Source: an uncultured bacterium
GTDB taxonomy: Bacteria > Muiribacteriota > UBA6191 > CAZXTJ01 > CAYOHP01
Assembly: GCA_964403795.1 (NCBI GenBank)
Contig: CAYOHP010000008.1
Coordinates: 16,987-80,986 of the forward strand
DNA: 64,000 nt
Direction: 5' to 3'
The notes beneath the pieces were generated by a model. The model had not been told where the DNA came from. It ran no database searches and saw only the letters and a list, made by a program, of their open reading frames with translations. Made by a program: the position numbers and the translations under genes. Position 1 is the stretch's first letter; each line of letters starts with the position of its first letter. Shown one piece after another: positions 1 through 8,513 of this stretch.

Positions 1-8
1 TAGCTACG

Positions 9-455
9 ATGAAGAAGCTGATCGTGCTGGCCCTGGTGGTGCTCGGACTGCTCGCCTACGCGGGCTCGGACCGCTACGGGGTCTCGGTGCTCGGGGTGGA
101 CCTGGCCTTCGATCCGATCGGGCGCATGCTCGACAGGAAGAGCAAGGGCTTCCTCTCCGACATCCAGTTCAAGGCCTTCGAGCGGGCCGCCCAGTACCAC
201 GCCCCCGAGGACCGCTCGAAGCGGGACATCCCCAAGCTGATCGAGGACAAGTTCGCGGTCAAGCCCGAGGCCCTCGACATCCGCCACTTCGAGGTGCTCC
301 GGGTCGACGTGTCGGAGGACGGTGCCCGGGCCAAGTCGCTCTGCCAGGCCAGCGTCAAGTTCCTGAACACCGACCAGCTGCGGGATTTCGAGCTGGTGCT
401 CTACTGGAAGAAGGTGGGCGAGGAGTGGTGGCTCGACCTCCAGTCGTCGCTCTGA
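9..455 (+). CDS. Hypothetical secreted protein. It has an N-terminal signal peptide and no recognisable domain.
   Basis: Complete ORF with ATG at 9. The hydrophobic N-terminus MKKLIVLALVVLGLLAYAG is typical of a Sec signal peptide. The rest is hydrophilic with plausible composition. Confidence 0.5.
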   Translation: MKKLIVLALVVLGLLAYAGSDRYGVSVLGVDLAFDPIGRMLDRKSKGFLSDIQFKAFERAAQYHAPEDRSKRDIPKLIEDKFAVKPEALDIRHFEVLRVDVSEDGARAKSLCQASVKFLNTDQLRDFELVLYWKKVGEEWWLDLQSSL

Positions 456-461
456 GGAACC

Positions 462-959
462 TCAGATCCCCAGCTTGCGCCGGAGGACGTGGCGCATGAC
501 GATCAGCCAGACGATCCACCCGAGCAGGTCCGTCGGGATCCTCATCGCGACGAGGAACGCGTAGGCGGTCGCGCCGAGCACCAGGATGGCCGCGGCCGGC
601 GCGCCCCAACGAGCGACCGGAGCCATGAGTTCGGTCCAGTGCCGGCGGTTGCCCGCCCGGGACGGGCGGACCGGCCGCCAGACATCGGGCGTGGCCCGGC
701 TCCGGGCCGGTCTCCGCCACGAAGTCCGGTCCCCGGCCAGGGCCCTCGCGACCTCCTGGAGCCGGGCGGGGTTCGGCGGCACCACCCGGTGCCACCGCTT
801 CCCGCACCCGTAGATGGCACAGCCGCCGGCATAGCTCCAGCAGTCCGTGTGGTGGGGGGTGGAGCAGGTCGGGCATGTGCGGGCCGAGGCCAGGGATCCC
901 TTGTCGCCGCAGACCTGGCAGTCGAAGCTGGGGGAATGGAGAGCGAGGGCACCGGGCAT
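462..959 (-). CDS. Cys-rich zinc-ribbon-like protein with a C-terminal transmembrane helix (hypothetical).
   Basis: The C-terminal 165 aa of the 406-aa ORF 462..1682 read MPGALALHSPSFDCQVCGDK...CPTCS...CAIYGCGKRW, with several CxxC-like pairs. They are followed by a TM segment (AAAILVLGATAYAFLVAM...WIVWLIVM). The ATG is at 957-959. The upstream part of the ORF is low-complexity GC-frame noise. Confidence 0.45.
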   Translation of the reverse strand: MPGALALHSPSFDCQVCGDKGSLASARTCPTCSTPHHTDCWSYAGGCAIYGCGKRWHRVVPPNPARLQEVARALAGDRTSWRRPARSRATPDVWRPVRPSRAGNRRHWTELMAPVARWGAPAAAILVLGATAYAFLVAMRIPTDLLGWIVWLIVMRHVLRRKLGI

Positions 960-1021
960 GGGTCCGGAGGCGGACGCAACCGGATTGCCGAAGGCTTCGG
1001 GAGCCGGTCCGGCGGGTCGTG

Positions 1022-1753
1022 TCAGGCGAGACCGGCTGCCAGCGTCTCGGCGACCAGCTCGCAGAGGTCCTTCCAGGCCTTCCCCCCGCGGCGGACGAAG
1101 CGCTGGTTGGACTCGATCTCGATCCCGAGGTACCGGGTGGCCGGGAAGCGCTTCCGAAGGTAGGTCGTGAACCCGTCCGAGATCCCCTTGAAGGGATAGT
1201 TGCGGCGGATCCGGAGGTCGGGGCGGGCACTTGCCATGGCCGCGGCCCAGGCATCGCAGAAGCGCTTCTCGCCCGGGCGCCGGGGGTCGTAGAGGAGCGA
1301 GACGTCGGCCTCCCGCACCACCCCCCGACGCACCGGGGTGAAGCTGTGGACCGCCAGGTGGACCACCGTGGCCCCGGCCTCGACCAGGCCTCGGATCTCG
1401 GCCTCGACCCGATCCCGGTGCGGCCGGTAGTGGCGCTCCACGATCCGTTGCCGCTCCGCCTCGGGCAGCTTCCAGGTCAGCTCCGAGAACACCGAAGGAT
1501 GATGGAGGCTCCGGTTCAGGTCGATGAGCAGCCGGCTCACGGTGGCCGGGAATAGCGGCGCCCCGAACCGGGCGGCCAGCTCCTCGGCCATCTCCAGGGC
1601 GCCCTGGTCGCGCCCCCGATGGCTCTCGAGCATGGCGCGCTTGCCGGCGAAGAGCGGCTTCCAAGGGTCGGGGATCCCGCACCCGCCGTGCTCGCAGGTG
1701 AGGACCAACGAGAACCGGCCGGTGGCCGGAGTCGAGGACCGTCGCCGGGTCAC
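1022..1753 (-). CDS. N-formylglutamate amidohydrolase family protein (FGase-like, PF05013-type).
   Basis: The translation FSLVLTCEHGGCGIPDPW...LIDLNRS...HSFTP...YLGIEI matches the FGase family pattern, including the TCEHGG motif. A GTG start at 1751-1753 overlaps the stop of the upstream LysM gene (GTGA). Confidence 0.6.
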   Translation of the reverse strand: MTRRRSSTPATGRFSLVLTCEHGGCGIPDPWKPLFAGKRAMLESHRGRDQGALEMAEELAARFGAPLFPATVSRLLIDLNRSLHHPSVFSELTWKLPEAERQRIVERHYRPHRDRVEAEIRGLVEAGATVVHLAVHSFTPVRRGVVREADVSLLYDPRRPGEKRFCDAWAAAMASARPDLRIRRNYPFKGISDGFTTYLRKRFPATRYLGIEIESNQRFVRRGGKAWKDLCELVAETLAAGLA

Positions 1754-2598
1754 GGGGAAGGTACCGCCAGGTCCATGCCGGGGCGCAGGCCGACCCCCGG
1801 CTTGGTGAGATCGGGATTGGCCTTCTGCAGGGCCTCCACGGTGACGCCGTACTGCTTGGCGAGACCGTACAGGCTCTCGCCCTGCTTCACCTTGTGGGTC
1901 CGTCCCGGAACCGGTGCCCCGGAAGCGCGGGCGATGGCCTCCCGGAGCTTCCGGTTCTCGGCGTCCACCGCCTCGAGCATGGCCTGGAGCCGGCCCTCGA
2001 AGGCGGTGCGATCCTTGTCCTGCTGCTGGCGGAGTCCCCCCAGCTCGGTGCGGATCGCGACCAGCGACTCGTTGAACCCGGTCGAGAGCGAGGTCATGTA
2101 GGCCCGGAGCTGGTTCAGATCGACGGCCAGCGCCTCCGCCTCCTGGCGATGGCGGGTGCGGTCCTGTTCCAGGGAGGCGGACAGGGCCTCGAGACGCTTC
2201 TCGACCCGGGACCGGAAGTCCTCGGCGGCCCGGTCGGACCCCTCCCGGTGGCGGGTCAGGCCGGTCTCGAGCTCGCTCCTCAGGAGCCCGATGCGTTCCT
2301 CCAGGTGGCGGGCATGCTCGACCCGCTCCTTCAGCGCCTCGGAGATCCGGTCCACCGCCTCGAGGGCGTCCTTGATCTTCTGGGCCGCCACCGCCTCCCG
2401 GCTCGCCAGCGCCAGTTCGAGGGCATCGAGGCGCTGCTTCTCCCGCGAATGGGCGAGGGCGGTCCCGGTGGCCGGTCCGGCGGCAGCCGCCAGGAGCAGG
2501 ACGAGGAGCCGGATTCCGGAGTGGCCTGGCGGGACGAACACCACCGGGACCGAGCCCCATGCCCCCCTCGAACCGGGTCGAGGCGGGGTCACCGGCAT
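1750..2598 (-). CDS. Secreted coiled-coil protein with a C-terminal LysM peptidoglycan-binding domain. It sits in the position of CpoB/YbgF downstream of pal.
   Basis: Signal-like N-terminus (IRLLVLLLAAAAGPATGTALA). The central part is a long heptad-like Ala/Glu/Arg/Leu region. The C-terminal LysM signature is HKVKQGESLYGLAKQYGVTVEALQKANPDL. The start overlaps the pal stop (TGATG). Confidence 0.7.
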   Translation of the reverse strand: MPVTPPRPGSRGAWGSVPVVFVPPGHSGIRLLVLLLAAAAGPATGTALAHSREKQRLDALELALASREAVAAQKIKDALEAVDRISEALKERVEHARHLEERIGLLRSELETGLTRHREGSDRAAEDFRSRVEKRLEALSASLEQDRTRHRQEAEALAVDLNQLRAYMTSLSTGFNESLVAIRTELGGLRQQQDKDRTAFEGRLQAMLEAVDAENRKLREAIARASGAPVPGRTHKVKQGESLYGLAKQYGVTVEALQKANPDLTKPGVGLRPGMDLAVPSP

Positions 2599-3254
2599 CA
2601 GGTGCCTCCCGGCGCGGTGCCGCTGGCGACCCGGAAGTGGGCCCTGCGATTCTGCTTCCAGACCTCTTCACCCCGGCCCGGGACCGCGGGTCGCTCCTCG
2701 CCGAAACTGACGGTGGCCAGCCGATCCGGAGCGATCCGCATGGCGGCCAGGAACTCGCGCACGGCCAGGGCCCGCTTCTCGCCCAGGACGAGGTTGTAGG
2801 CCGCGGTTCCCCGGGAATCGCAATGCCCCTCGATCACCAGCATGGCCCTGGGATTCGCCAGCATCCAGGCCCCGATCCCGGTGAGGACCTGGCGGGTCGC
2901 GGCCGAGAGCCCGTAGCTGTCGAACTCGAAGAACACGTCCCGGAGCACCGAGGCGTCACCGCCTCCCATGGGATCCAGGGACGGATCGTCGAGGGTAGGG
3001 TCCTCGCCGGAGGTCGACGCCGGCTCCCGGTAGCGCGAGTAATCGACCGGCGTCTCGCCGAGCGGGAGGTCGCCGCTCCGGATCCCGCCGCGTCCCTCGG
3101 AGCCCTCGGTGTCGAACACCGGAGCCGGGGTCGGGGAGGCCTCGGGAGGGCGCTGGCCCACCTGGGGGTCGGCGCGATCGCCGCGGCCTCCGCATCCGAG
3201 CGACACGATTCCGAGCAGGCACGCCAGGGCACGCGAGGTCGGGAACCTGTTCAT
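2598..3254 (-). CDS. pal: Peptidoglycan-associated lipoprotein Pal (OmpA-family C-terminal domain).
   Basis: Lipoprotein signal with lipobox (LGIVSLGCGG). The OmpA-like domain reads FEFDSYGLSAATRQVL...LVIEGHCDSRGTAAYNLVLGEKRALAVREFL...ERP. It lies immediately downstream of tolB. Confidence 0.9.
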   Translation of the reverse strand: MNRFPTSRALACLLGIVSLGCGGRGDRADPQVGQRPPEASPTPAPVFDTEGSEGRGGIRSGDLPLGETPVDYSRYREPASTSGEDPTLDDPSLDPMGGGDASVLRDVFFEFDSYGLSAATRQVLTGIGAWMLANPRAMLVIEGHCDSRGTAAYNLVLGEKRALAVREFLAAMRIAPDRLATVSFGEERPAVPGRGEEVWKQNRRAHFRVASGTAPGGT

Positions 3255-3283
3255 GGAGACCCTCTCCCGGCGGAAGCAGCCGA

Positions 3284-4573
3284 TCAATACGAGACCTTAC
3301 ACCAAGTCGGATCGCGCACGCCGGCGAGCGCCGGTAGGGGAATGGAGTAGCGATTGGAGGGTCGACGCGCATCCACGACCTCGAGCCGGGCCACGCCCTG
3401 TCGGGTCGAGGCGACGACCAGATGGCGATTGTCGGGAGCCCAGTCCAGCGCCTCTTCCCCCTCCGACCCGTCGGTCACCTCGAAGAAGGCGGAGTCCGCG
3501 AACCGGTGCACCCGGACCCCGAACCCGCGCGGCCCGCGGGCAGAGAAGGCGAGGAGGTCCCCGCGCGGCGACCAGGCCGGGTTGACGCACTCGTCGGAGG
3601 AGTCGAACCCGTGGGTCAGGCGCCGGGGAGGATCCCGGCCTTCGACCTCCAGCACGTACACCGCCGGAGAACCCGCCCTATCGCTCACGAACGCGATCCG
3701 CGACCCGTCGGGGGACCAGGTCGGGGAGAGATCGTTGGCCCGGTGCGAGGTCAGGCGCCGCCGCACCCTGCCGGTCAGGTCGAGGAGGTAGATCTCGGGA
3801 TTCCCCTCGTAGGAGAGCACCGCGGCCACCTGGGAGCCGTCGGGGGACATCGCCCCCAGGGTGTTCAGGCCGGCCCTGGCGCTCACGATCTGGTTCCGGC
3901 CGCTGACCGGGTCGAAGAGCATGAGCTGAGGGAAGTCCCGGGGATAGGCGGTGTAGAGGAGCCACCGGTGGTTCGGTGCGAACCGCGGGAAGAGGCACTC
4001 GAACGGCCCGGAGACGATGCGCTTCAGGTCGCTGCCGTCGGGGGCCGCGGTGTGGAGGGCGGGCTTGCCCTGGTGGTCGGCGACGAAGGCGAGCACCGTG
4101 CCCGCCAGCCCCGCTTCCCCGGTGAGTTCCCGCACCAGGTCGTCGGCGAAGCGATGGGCGGCCAGGGCCAGACGCCCACCCTCGAGCCGGTACTCGCGTC
4201 CGAACTGGCGGACACCATCGCTGGAATGCAGGTAGCCGCGCAGCAGGATGGCACCGGCATCGTCCCGGACCTCGGAACTCACCAGGAAGCTGGCGGCAGC
4301 CGGGACCTCGGAGGGAAGGACCCTGGCAGGATCGGCGGGAGGGGGACCCGCCAACGGGATCCGCTCGAACCAGTGCGACCGTTCGAGGTCGCCCGTGACC
4401 AGGGCGTCGAAGCGCACCGCCAGGGAGGGATCCCCGGCCGGGGGAGCGATCGCGAGCCGGATCGCCCGGTCGCCCGAGACCTCGATCACACCCCGCACCT
4501 CGGCCCCGCAGACGATCGGGAGGATCAGACCGAGGGCGATCGCCAGCCCCTGAACGCGGTCCTTACGCACCAT
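3284..4573 (-). CDS. tolB: Tol-Pal system periplasmic beta-propeller protein TolB.
   Basis: Signal peptide, TolB N-terminal domain, and repeated beta-propeller blades (SPDGSQVAAV, SPTWSPDGSRIAFVSDRAG, NPAWSPRGDLLAF). It is located between tolA and pal. Confidence 0.9.
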   Translation of the reverse strand: MVRKDRVQGLAIALGLILPIVCGAEVRGVIEVSGDRAIRLAIAPPAGDPSLAVRFDALVTGDLERSHWFERIPLAGPPPADPARVLPSEVPAAASFLVSSEVRDDAGAILLRGYLHSSDGVRQFGREYRLEGGRLALAAHRFADDLVRELTGEAGLAGTVLAFVADHQGKPALHTAAPDGSDLKRIVSGPFECLFPRFAPNHRWLLYTAYPRDFPQLMLFDPVSGRNQIVSARAGLNTLGAMSPDGSQVAAVLSYEGNPEIYLLDLTGRVRRRLTSHRANDLSPTWSPDGSRIAFVSDRAGSPAVYVLEVEGRDPPRRLTHGFDSSDECVNPAWSPRGDLLAFSARGPRGFGVRVHRFADSAFFEVTDGSEGEEALDWAPDNRHLVVASTRQGVARLEVVDARRPSNRYSIPLPALAGVRDPTWCKVSY

Positions 4574-4628
4574 GGTCCTCGCTTCCGGTCCAGGACGAGT
4601 CTCCCCGATGCCGGGCCCCGGTGCAAGG

Positions 4629-5738
4629 TCAGCGGACCACGAACACCAGGAAGAAGTCCTCGCCCGATTCGCCGCCGAGCTTCTCGGGGAGAGGACGGAA
4701 GGGAGCCGAGCGCTCCACTGCGGTGCGGGCCGAGCGGTCGAGACGATCGTCGCCCGAGGGCCGGGTCACCCGGAGATCCGAGAGCGAGCCGTCCCTCCCC
4801 AGCCGGAACCCCACCTCCACGGAGAGGTCGGCACCCAGAGCCGCTCGGGCCGGTCGTTGCCAGGCGGCGCCGAGCCGGGTGGTCAGCAGTTCCAGGTACC
4901 AGTGGACCGAAGGATCGAGCGCGCCCGCGACCCGCACCCCGAGTTCCTGGCCCGGGGCTTCCGGGCCGGGCCCGGTGGAGGTCGGTCTGGTGACGGCCGC
5001 AGGCGGGAGCGGGAGTGCCGCAGCGGTCGAAGTCTCGGCCGGAGGAGCGGCAGGGGTGGAGCTCCGGGTCGGAGCGGGCGGCGGGAGCGTCAGGGACCCG
5101 GGAGGCGGCGGCAGGGGGAGCAAGGGCTCGAGGGTGGGAGCCGGACGAGCCGGCGTCGAGGGCGTAGCGCCCGTCCAGCTCGGATCGCCCAGGAGTCGTT
5201 CCCGGAGCGAGGCACCGAAATCCGGGGGAGGCACCGGCTTGCGCACCGGGGCCGCTGCCGGGGTCGCCCGGGGCGCGGCCGCCGGCTTCGGTGTGGGCGC
5301 GGTCGGGCGGTTAGGGGCCTTGGAGGTCGGAACCGGGGCGGGCCGGGGGGCCTCCTTGGAAGCCGGGGGCGCAGGCGGGGCCGCCGGAGGGGCGGGAGGC
5401 GCGGCAGGCGGCACCGAAGCGGCCGGGGGCGGAGGTGCAGGCGGTGCGGGCGGAGCCGGAGGAGGTGCCGAAGGTGCGGCGGGAGGTGCCGGGGGAACCG
5501 GAGGGGCCACCGAAGGAACCGGCGGGGCGGGGCGGGAGACGGGAGGCGCGGGTCGGGCCGGGGTCACCGGCGGTCGAACGGTCGGAGCCGGCGGTGCGGG
5601 TCGCGGCAGCGCCCCGACGAAGCGGACCGGGATGGGCTTCGGCCTCTCGGTCACCGGGGGTGAGAGCCAGGTCGAGAGACCCATCGCCCCGAGGACCAGG
5701 GCATGGAGTCCCAGACTGAGGACCAGGCCTTCCCGCAA
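4629..5738 (-). CDS. tolA: TolA-like protein: N-terminal TM anchor, Pro/Ala-rich linker, and a TonB/TolA C-terminal domain.
   Basis: N-terminal TM (LVLSLGLHALVLGAMGL). The central linker is extremely Pro/Ala-rich. The C-terminal domain (VHWYLELLTTRLGAAWQRP...LSVEVGFRLGRDGSLSDLRVTRPSGDDRLDRSARTAVERSAPFRPLP) is TolA/TonB-like. It sits between tolR and tolB. Confidence 0.8.
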   Translation of the reverse strand: MREGLVLSLGLHALVLGAMGLSTWLSPPVTERPKPIPVRFVGALPRPAPPAPTVRPPVTPARPAPPVSRPAPPVPSVAPPVPPAPPAAPSAPPPAPPAPPAPPPPAASVPPAAPPAPPAAPPAPPASKEAPRPAPVPTSKAPNRPTAPTPKPAAAPRATPAAAPVRKPVPPPDFGASLRERLLGDPSWTGATPSTPARPAPTLEPLLPLPPPPGSLTLPPPAPTRSSTPAAPPAETSTAAALPLPPAAVTRPTSTGPGPEAPGQELGVRVAGALDPSVHWYLELLTTRLGAAWQRPARAALGADLSVEVGFRLGRDGSLSDLRVTRPSGDDRLDRSARTAVERSAPFRPLPEKLGGESGEDFFLVFVVR

Positions 5739-5740
5739 GG

Positions 5741-6154
5741 TCAGGGCTCCTTCGTGGCCAGCGCCAGGCGGGTCAGCCCGACCCGACGCAGCACGTCCAT
5801 CACCTCCACGACCCGGCCGTAGGCCAGGTCGCGGTCGGCGAGCAGGATCACGTCCGGTTCCGAGGCGCGACGGGCGATCAGTTCGCGGGCCCGCGCCTCG
5901 AGCTCGGAGAGGGTGGCGGGACGGCCCTCGAAGTGGACGTCCCCGGCCCGCGAGACCACCACGTTCACGGCGTCGTCGGTCCGGAGGTCCTTGGGGTCGG
6001 CGCCCGGGAGCTGGAGGGTGAAGCCCTGGTCGATCACGGGAGCGATCAGGATGAACACGATGAGCAACGTCATCATGACGTCGATCAGGTTGGTGAGGTT
6101 GATCTCGGCGATCGGGCGGCTGGGCCCGGACTCATCCCTGAGGAGCCTGCGCAT
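5741..6154 (-). CDS. tolR: Biopolymer transport protein TolR/ExbD.
   Basis: ExbD/TolR signature INLTNLIDVMMTLLIVFIL (single TM) with a periplasmic domain. It follows tolQ. Confidence 0.9.
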   Translation of the reverse strand: MRRLLRDESGPSRPIAEINLTNLIDVMMTLLIVFILIAPVIDQGFTLQLPGADPKDLRTDDAVNVVVSRAGDVHFEGRPATLSELEARARELIARRASEPDVILLADRDLAYGRVVEVMDVLRRVGLTRLALATKEP

Positions 6155-6172
6155 GGGGGACTCCCGCGCCGG

Positions 6173-6856
6173 TCAGGCGCGGCTCCCCTCGCCGGCCACG
6201 GCGGGTGCGCGGCTGGCCTCGACCGCACACAGGAAGTCCATGGCGAAGGACTTCATGCGGGTGACCGCCAGGCGGATCTGGCTCGAGACCAGGTTGTGGC
6301 CGACCAGGGCGGGAATGGCGACCGCCAGTCCCACGACCGTGGTCACCAACGCCACCGTGAGGCCGGGTGCCACCGCCTTCAGGCTGGTGGTCCCATGGAC
6401 GTTCATGTCGTGGAAGCAGAGCAGGATTCCCCAGACGGTCCCGAACAGCCCCAGCAGGGGGCTGACGGAAGCGATGGTCCCGAGCACCCAGAGACGCATC
6501 TCGAGTTCGAGGGCCTCGTGCTGGATCGCCATGGCCATGGAGTCCTCCACGTCCATCAGCTCCTTGGGACCGACCCGCCCCAAGGACTCGATCCGCCGGC
6601 AGCCTGCCGCATAGATCCGCCCCAGCGGACCCCGCGCCTCCTCGGAACCGGGCGGCCCCGGGTGCAGGGCCCGCGGCTCGGGAGTGGCGGCGAGCTGGGC
6701 CGAGAAGCGACGTCCGGCCACCGCGGCCCGGCGCAACCCGACGAGCTCGCCGAGCAGGATCGACCACGAGGCGATCGACATCGCCCCGAGGACCAGGAGC
6801 ACGACCTGCGAGAACGCGTCGCAGGCCAGGAAGGCCTTGGTGAGGATCGAGATCAT
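6173..6856 (-). CDS. tolQ: MotA/TolQ/ExbB proton-channel protein TolQ.
   Basis: Three-TM ExbB/TolQ architecture with the conserved C-terminal helices (VAPGLTVALVTTVVGLAVAIPALVGHN). It is the first gene of the tol-pal cluster. Confidence 0.9.
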   Translation of the reverse strand: MISILTKAFLACDAFSQVVLLVLGAMSIASWSILLGELVGLRRAAVAGRRFSAQLAATPEPRALHPGPPGSEEARGPLGRIYAAGCRRIESLGRVGPKELMDVEDSMAMAIQHEALELEMRLWVLGTIASVSPLLGLFGTVWGILLCFHDMNVHGTTSLKAVAPGLTVALVTTVVGLAVAIPALVGHNLVSSQIRLAVTRMKSFAMDFLCAVEASRAPAVAGEGSRA

Positions 6857-6875
6857 GGGTTCGGGGTGCCTCCCG

Positions 6876-8513
6876 TCAGAGCTGGAACATGGACGAGTAG
6901 TCGGCTCCGCCCCCGGCCATCGGGCCGCCGAGCGGGTCGTCGCCGAAGTCGAGGTCGCGGTCGCGGCCGCGGGTGGAAGCGGATCGCGCCGGGGCGCGGG
7001 TGGCGGCGGCCGGCGGGGATTCCGGGATCCCGGTGGACGCGACGGAGGGCGCGGGCGACGCGACCGGTGCCGTCCGGGCGGAGGGCGGAGGCATCGGCGG
7101 GAGCGGGCCGTCCGGCCCCGGTGCCGGGGTGCGGGCCGCGGCCGGCGGGGGTGGCGGCAGCGAGCCCGACGCCGGCCCCGGGGCGCCGGTGGCGGCGGCG
7201 ACCGAGGTGCCGAGGGCCGCGGCCCCCGAGGCCGCGGCGGATCCCGCTGCCCTGGTCGCGACCGCCGCCAGCTCGGCCGGGACGGTCAAGGGAGGCGCCG
7301 GCAGGGAGAGGCCGGGGACCGAGGCGGGAACCGGGTCCCACCGATCGTTCTTCCACCCGCCGCGCCGGGTCGGCCGGGAGGCGGCCGCCACCGGAGGGGA
7401 CGGAGGCGGCGGCGCGACCGGGACCCCCGAGGCGATCGGGGCGGCTTCGGGCCGACCCGAGGTCGGGGTCGTCGGGAGCGGCAGCGCCAGCGCGGGAGGA
7501 TCCTCGTCCCGGTGGTCGGGAGCCGAGGGGCTCTCCGGTCCGGGTGCGGGGCCGTACTGGCCCTTGGCGAGGTCGAGGAGGGTACCCACCGCCTCGCCCA
7601 CATCCTTGGTCTGGCTGGCGCCGCGCAGGCGCTTCCTCAGGTCGGCGGCCAGGCGCCGGGCGTCGGCGGGAGGCTGGGTGCGTCCCGGCTCGCGGCGGAG
7701 CCCGTCGGCACTGGTGGCAAGGGACTCGCCTTCCCGGAGCACACGCGTGTCCTGGCCGTACCGGGCGTCGACCCTGCCGGAGAACACCTCGATCTCCTCG
7801 GCGCCGCCGGGTACCGCCCGGATCCGCACCACCGCCGACCGCATCGCGAACTCCGCCCGGGGGGTCAGGATCTCGAAGCGCTGGCCTTCACGGCGCCAGT
7901 CGACGAGGACCTCGCCTGCCTCGAGGACCAGGGCGTCCCGCTGCAACTGGACCCGGGTCCCGGGCCCCACCGCGACCGCGGCCCGGGTGTCGAGCTCCAG
8001 CACGGTCCGGGCCGACTCCCCGGTCCTCAGCCAGTCATGGAACCAGAGGGCGTCGCTCCGACCCACCCGGGATGGCCCGCGAGCCCCGGAACGGACCACC
8101 TCGCCGGGGGCGTCGGACGAGAGCTTCGCCGCCACTCCCAGGTGGCGGGTGGCAGACGGAGCCCGGGTCCCGGCGTCGAGGGGTACCGCGAACTGGTACT
8201 CCCGGAAGGCGCCCGAGGCGACCCGCCGGGAAACCCCGGTCCGGGTGATCGCGTACTCGGAGCCCGGGAGCAGGCTGACCGCGCCCGAGTCGAACAGGGC
8301 CAGGTTCGCCCGGGTGCCTTCGGCCACCTGCAGGCGATCCCCGAGTTCGATCCGGGCGAAGTCGAGGACGTCCCGGGCGGTCCGACCCAGCGACGCCACC
8401 GACACCTTGCCCTCGAGGACCCGGAGGCTCCCGGCCATGGGAGCGGCCAGCAGACCGGCTCCCGGGAGCAGCGCCGGGAGGATCGCGAGCAGGGGGACGC
8501 GGCGGGGGTTCAT
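6876..8513 (-). CDS. Secreted FecR-domain protein with a long Pro/Ala-rich C-terminal region.
   Basis: Signal peptide (LLAILPALLPGAGLLAAP). The N-terminal ~250 aa have the FecR-like beta-rich pattern (GKVSV...GDRLQVAEGTRANLALFDSGAVSLLPGSEYAI). The ATG at 8511-8513 overlaps the stop of the upstream CHASE2 gene (ATGA). Confidence 0.6.
   Translation of the reverse strand: MNPRRVPLLAILPALLPGAGLLAAPMAGSLRVLEGKVSVASLGRTARDVLDFARIELGDRLQVAEGTRANLALFDSGAVSLLPGSEYAITRTGVSRRVASGAFREYQFAVPLDAGTRAPSATRHLGVAAKLSSDAPGEVVRSGARGPSRVGRSDALWFHDWLRTGESARTVLELDTRAAVAVGPGTRVQLQRDALVLEAGEVLVDWRREGQRFEILTPRAEFAMRSAVVRIRAVPGGAEEIEVFSGRVDARYGQDTRVLREGESLATSADGLRREPGRTQPPADARRLAADLRKRLRGASQTKDVGEAVGTLLDLAKGQYGPAPGPESPSAPDHRDEDPPALALPLPTTPTSGRPEAAPIASGVPVAPPPPSPPVAAASRPTRRGGWKNDRWDPVPASVPGLSLPAPPLTVPAELAAVATRAAGSAAASGAAALGTSVAAATGAPGPASGSLPPPPPAAARTPAPGPDGPLPPMPPPSARTAPVASPAPSVASTGIPESPPAAATRAPARSASTRGRDRDLDFGDDPLGGPMAGGGADYSSMFQL

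Noticed and set aside
3422-4993. 523-aa plus-strand ORF antisense to tolB.
   Set aside because: Low-complexity Arg/Gly/Pro-rich translation with no motifs. It lies fully inside the confidently assigned tolB gene on the opposite strand.
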